DNA of 34,627 nucleotides from Bacteroidia bacterium (GTDB lineage: Bacteria; Bacteroidota; Bacteroidia; Bacteroidales; BM523): the NCBI GenBank assembly GCA_016209245.1, contig JACQWN010000247.1, positions 1 to 34,627 of the forward strand, in the 5' to 3' direction. Below are positions 33,101 to 34,627 of this stretch, piece after piece. How positions within the stretch are numbered: the stretch's first letter is position 1; each line of letters opens with the position of its first letter. Under the pieces are notes generated by a model. It was given only the letters and a program-made list of their open reading frames with translations, was not told the origin of the DNA and ran no database searches. The translations under genes and the position numbers were made by a program.

Positions 33101-34627
33101 AATTTACACTGCTTGTAGTTAAAACAATAGCTGCCGGCTCATTAATAGTTTGAGCACCCGTAATTACACATCCGTTTACGTCGGTTACTGTAACGCTGTA
33201 TGTACCATCGCACAAGTTATTAGCGGTCTGAGTAATTTGAAAACCGGTATTTCCATCCCAGTTATAAGTATATGGAATTGAACCGCCTGAAGGGGTAGCT
33301 GTTGCCGTACCATTGCAGGTTCCATTACAAAGGGGATCGGCACCAGACATTGTTAATGATAACACTACAGGTTGGGTGATAGTTGCGGCAGAGGTAATTG
33401 TACATGAATTGGCATCGGTAACTGTAACAGTATAAGTTCCTGCGGGAATATTAATAATATCCTGATTTGTCTGACTTGATGACCACAGATATGAATAAGC
33501 AGGAGTGCCGCCGCTAACGGTTAAATCGGCAGAACCATTAGCGCCTCCGTTACACGATACATTACTTGACGATATTGATGCAGATAAACCGCCTGCAGGT
33601 TGTGTTATAATAACTGAAGCCACAATTGAACAGCTATTGTTATCAGTAACTGTAACCCAATATGTCCCTGCTGTCAGGTTATTGATAGTTTGTGTAATTA
33701 AACCTCCGGTCCATAAATAAGAATAACCCGGTGTGCCACCTGCCGGATTAGCAGTTGCGGAACCGGTAGCTTGTCCGAAGCAGGCAACGTTTGTTTGTGT
33801 TGTTGTTAGTGATAAGGCAGAGGCAGGTTGAGACACGGTAGCGGTGGCTGTTGTAGTACAATTATTTGCATCGGTGATTGTAACAGTATAAGTACCTGCA
33901 AAGAGACCGGAAATATCCTGGGTTGTAGCGCCGTTCGACCATGCGTAAGAATAGGCGGGTGTGCCTCCTGACGGAACCAGGTCAATCGCTCCATTTTTTT
34001 CTCCGAAACATGCAAGGTTTGTAACATTAGTTATTGCCGACAATGGTGCGGCCGGCTGAGTAATAGTAACAGATGCAGAAGCGGTATATCCGCTTGCATC
34101 GGCGACAGTAACCGTATATGTTCCTGCAGGTTGGTTTGAAATTGCCTGAGTTGTAGCGCTTGTGCTCCATGAATAGGAATATGCCGGTGTACCGCCTGCC
34201 GGATTCACTGTGGCGGAACCGGTAGAATTTCCAAAACAAGCTACATTAGTTTGAGAAGTTGTCAAAGTTAATCCTGATACAGGCTGAGTAATAGTTACAG
34301 TAGCAGTTGCCGTACAACCATTGGCATCGGTAACTGTTACCGTATATGTTCCTGCGGGGCGATTCGATATAGTTTGAGTAATAAAGCCGCCTGTCCATAA
34401 ATAGGAATATCCTGGTGTTCCGCCTGCCGGATTAGCTGTTGCTGAACCGGTAGAATTTCCAAAACAAGCTACATTAGTTTGTGTAGTTGTAACTGATACT
34501 GCTGAAGCAGGTTGGGTAATTGTAGCGGATGCAGTTGTGGTGCAACCATTAGCATCGGTAATTGTAACCGTATATGTACCTGCCGGGCGTCCTGAAATAT
34601 CTTGTGTTACAGCGCCGGTGCTCCATA
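28383..34627 (-). CDS. N-terminal and middle segment of giant gene 2 (SprB-repeat adhesin); the 5' end lies beyond the right window edge and the 3' end is terminated prematurely by the frameshift
   Basis: The track lists 28383..34265, but the 'M' at 34265 is an internal TTG (Leu). Hand translation shows the same frame is open up to the window edge (...WSTGAVTQDISGRPAGTYTVTITDANGC...TQPVSGLTLTTSQTNVACFG...). It contains about 27 SprB-type units. The last 25 codons (RFGYYYRTCFINRFGCSKRCKLFRR) are out-of-frame repeat sequence. Confidence 0.85.
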   Translation of the reverse strand, partial: WSTGAVTQDISGRPAGTYTVTITDANGCTTTASATITQPASAVSVTTTQTNVACFGNSTGSATANPAGGTPGYSYLWTGGFITQTISNRPAGTYTVTVTDANGCTATATVTITQPVSGLTLTTSQTNVACFGNSTGSATVNPAGGTPAYSYSWSTSATTQAISNQPAGTYTVTVADASGYTASASVTITQPAAPLSAITNVTNLACFGEKNGAIDLVPSGGTPAYSYAWSNGATTQDISGLFAGTYTVTITDANNCTTTATATVSQPASALSLTTTQTNVACFGQATGSATANPAGGTPGYSYLWTGGLITQTINNLTAGTYWVTVTDNNSCSIVASVIITQPAGGLSASISSSNVSCNGGANGSADLTVSGGTPAYSYLWSSSQTNQDIINIPAGTYTVTVTDANSCTITSAATITQPVVLSLTMSGADPLCNGTCNGTATATPSGGSIPYTYNWDGNTGFQITQTANNLCDGTYSVTVTDVNGCVITGAQTINEPAAIVLTTSSVNSTCSASDGSATVNVAGGTPNYDYEWSNGSNTYDTTFLSNTITNVSAGAYTVTVTDDNSCSATAVVNVVDAAAPTANISSSTNVSCNGLSNGSATVTVAGGASPYDYIWSNGSTTWNSPLLTNTISGLIAGAYSVTVNDNNNCIASASVTITQPPVLNASITSVTNVGCNGASTGSATVTAGGGTPIYFYDWSPDGYTGDGTVTYSGLPAGPYTVTVTDSQGCTDDASANITQPAVLNASIVGSDVLCNGGSSGSADLTVTGGTLPYTYLWSNSSVNQNITNLTAGLYSVTVTDVNSCTATASVTINEPLALIATISGTNVNCFGETTGTADLTINGGTPAYSILWNTGATTEPLSGLASGVYSVTVTDINSCTTTASITITQPAAALTATISGTNVLCNGGNNGAADLTVSGGTVVYTYSWSNFAITEDITGLTANTYVVTVTDANSCTVTASVNITEPTVLTANITGTDVNCNGGNDGTADLSVSGGVSPYTYQWSTGSFNQDITNLTAGTYGVTITDDNGCITTASVIINEPAAALSASIFGTDVTAAGADDGSANLTVLDGTIPYLYIWSNGETTEDLDSLSGGTYTVTVTDFNGCTVTATVVINEPGVLIASIAGTNIDCNGDSTGAANLTVSGGVIPYTYLWSNGETTEDISDLPADIYTVTVTDDNLITITATVTIAQPSALTATIAGTDVNCFGGNDGSATANPSGGTPGYTYLWSSGPLTQTITNLTAGTYSVTVTDFNNCTVSATGSINQPAAALSATTTITNILCFGEKTGAIDLIPSGGTSPYSYSWSNGDITEDISGLFAGTYTVTITDANNCTAIISATVTEPASVLSVSTSQTNVNCNGGNDGSATATPSGGTLPYSYSWTGGFTTQTINSLTAGTYSCTVTDSNGCIIIASVTITQPASALSATISQVNVSCFGGNDGSATVNTSGGTASYIYSWMPGGYITQNINGLTAGIYNLTVTDANLCTTTASATITEPSNPLSASIIGADVTAAGADDGSADLTVSGGTIPYSFIWSNGETTEDLDSLSGGSYTVTVTDFNGCTVTATVTINEPGVIIAFITGTNINCNGDSTGVADLTVSGGVIPYTYLWSNGAATEDISNLPAGVYTVTVTDANLISVIASVTITESALLTASVAVNDVNCFGGNDGSADLSVAGGTPAYAYLWSDTSTDQDLSSLTAGIYDVTITDANLCTTTASVTVSEPSDSLSASIIGTDVTAAGADDGSADLTVLGGTIPYSFIWSNGETTEDLDSLSGGTYTVTVTDFNGCTVTATVVINEPGVLTAFITGTNIDCNGDSTGAADLTVSGGVIPYTYLWSNGATTEDISGLPAGVYTVTVTDANSISVTASVTITEPALLTASVAVNDVNCFGGNDGSADLSVAGGTPAYTYFWSDASTDQNLYNLTAGIYDVTITDANLCTTTASVTITEPSDSLSASIIGADVTAAGAGDGSAGLTVSGGTIPYSFMWSNGDTIEDLDSLSGGIYTVTVTDFNGCTVIATVVINEPGVIIAFIAGTNVDCNGDSTGAADLTVSGGVRFGYYYRTCFINRFGCSKRCKLFRR

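Noticed and set aside
34263-34265. The ORF-track starts at 34265 (TTG) and 28270 (GTG), considered as translation starts.
   Set aside because: Both are internal Leu/Val codons in the middle of repeat units. There is no signal peptide after them, and the frames stay open upstream.
23102-34627. A diversity-generating retroelement or shufflon-type mechanism as the source of repeat variation.
   Set aside because: There is no reverse transcriptase, template repeat, invertase or inverted-repeat crossover site in the window. The variation is explained by ordinary tandem duplication, deletion and conversion.

Overview
This is a 34.6-kb, AT-rich locus in which every credible gene lies on the minus strand. 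It carries Bacteroidota hallmarks: T9SS type A and type B C-terminal sorting domains, TTTG-N19-TAnnTTTG promoter boxes, and a Gln directly after every predicted signal-peptide cleavage site. Reading the minus strand from right to left, the window contains: (1) a second giant SprB-repeat adhesin gene (23102..34627) that enters from the right edge, is longer than 11.5 kb, and is split by a frameshift at about 28458; (2) an IS1634-family insertion sequence (20817..22995); (3) a tightly packed three-gene operon of T9SS type A cargo (13336..20728) ending in an 1845-aa S8 peptidase / beta-helix / beta-propeller protein; (4) a small secreted protein plus an Rpn-like PD-(D/E)XK nuclease (11514..13064); (5) an intact 3437-aa SprB-repeat adhesin with a T9SS type B CTD (1065..11378); (6) a decayed DUF4258-like remnant; (7) a UPF0175/DUF3368 toxin-antitoxin pair at the left edge. 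The two giant genes are collinear paralogues in direct orientation. Gene 2 carries an amplified 678-bp (three-repeat) module, and a 110-bp deletion in its third copy causes the frameshift. I saw no rRNA, tRNA, CRISPR array or recognisable defence-system core gene. The most unusual aspect is the overall architecture: two hyper-repetitive, recombination-prone surface adhesin genes bracket a recombination-type nuclease, an IS and a secreted mega-protease operon. Whether these form a functional unit is inference only.
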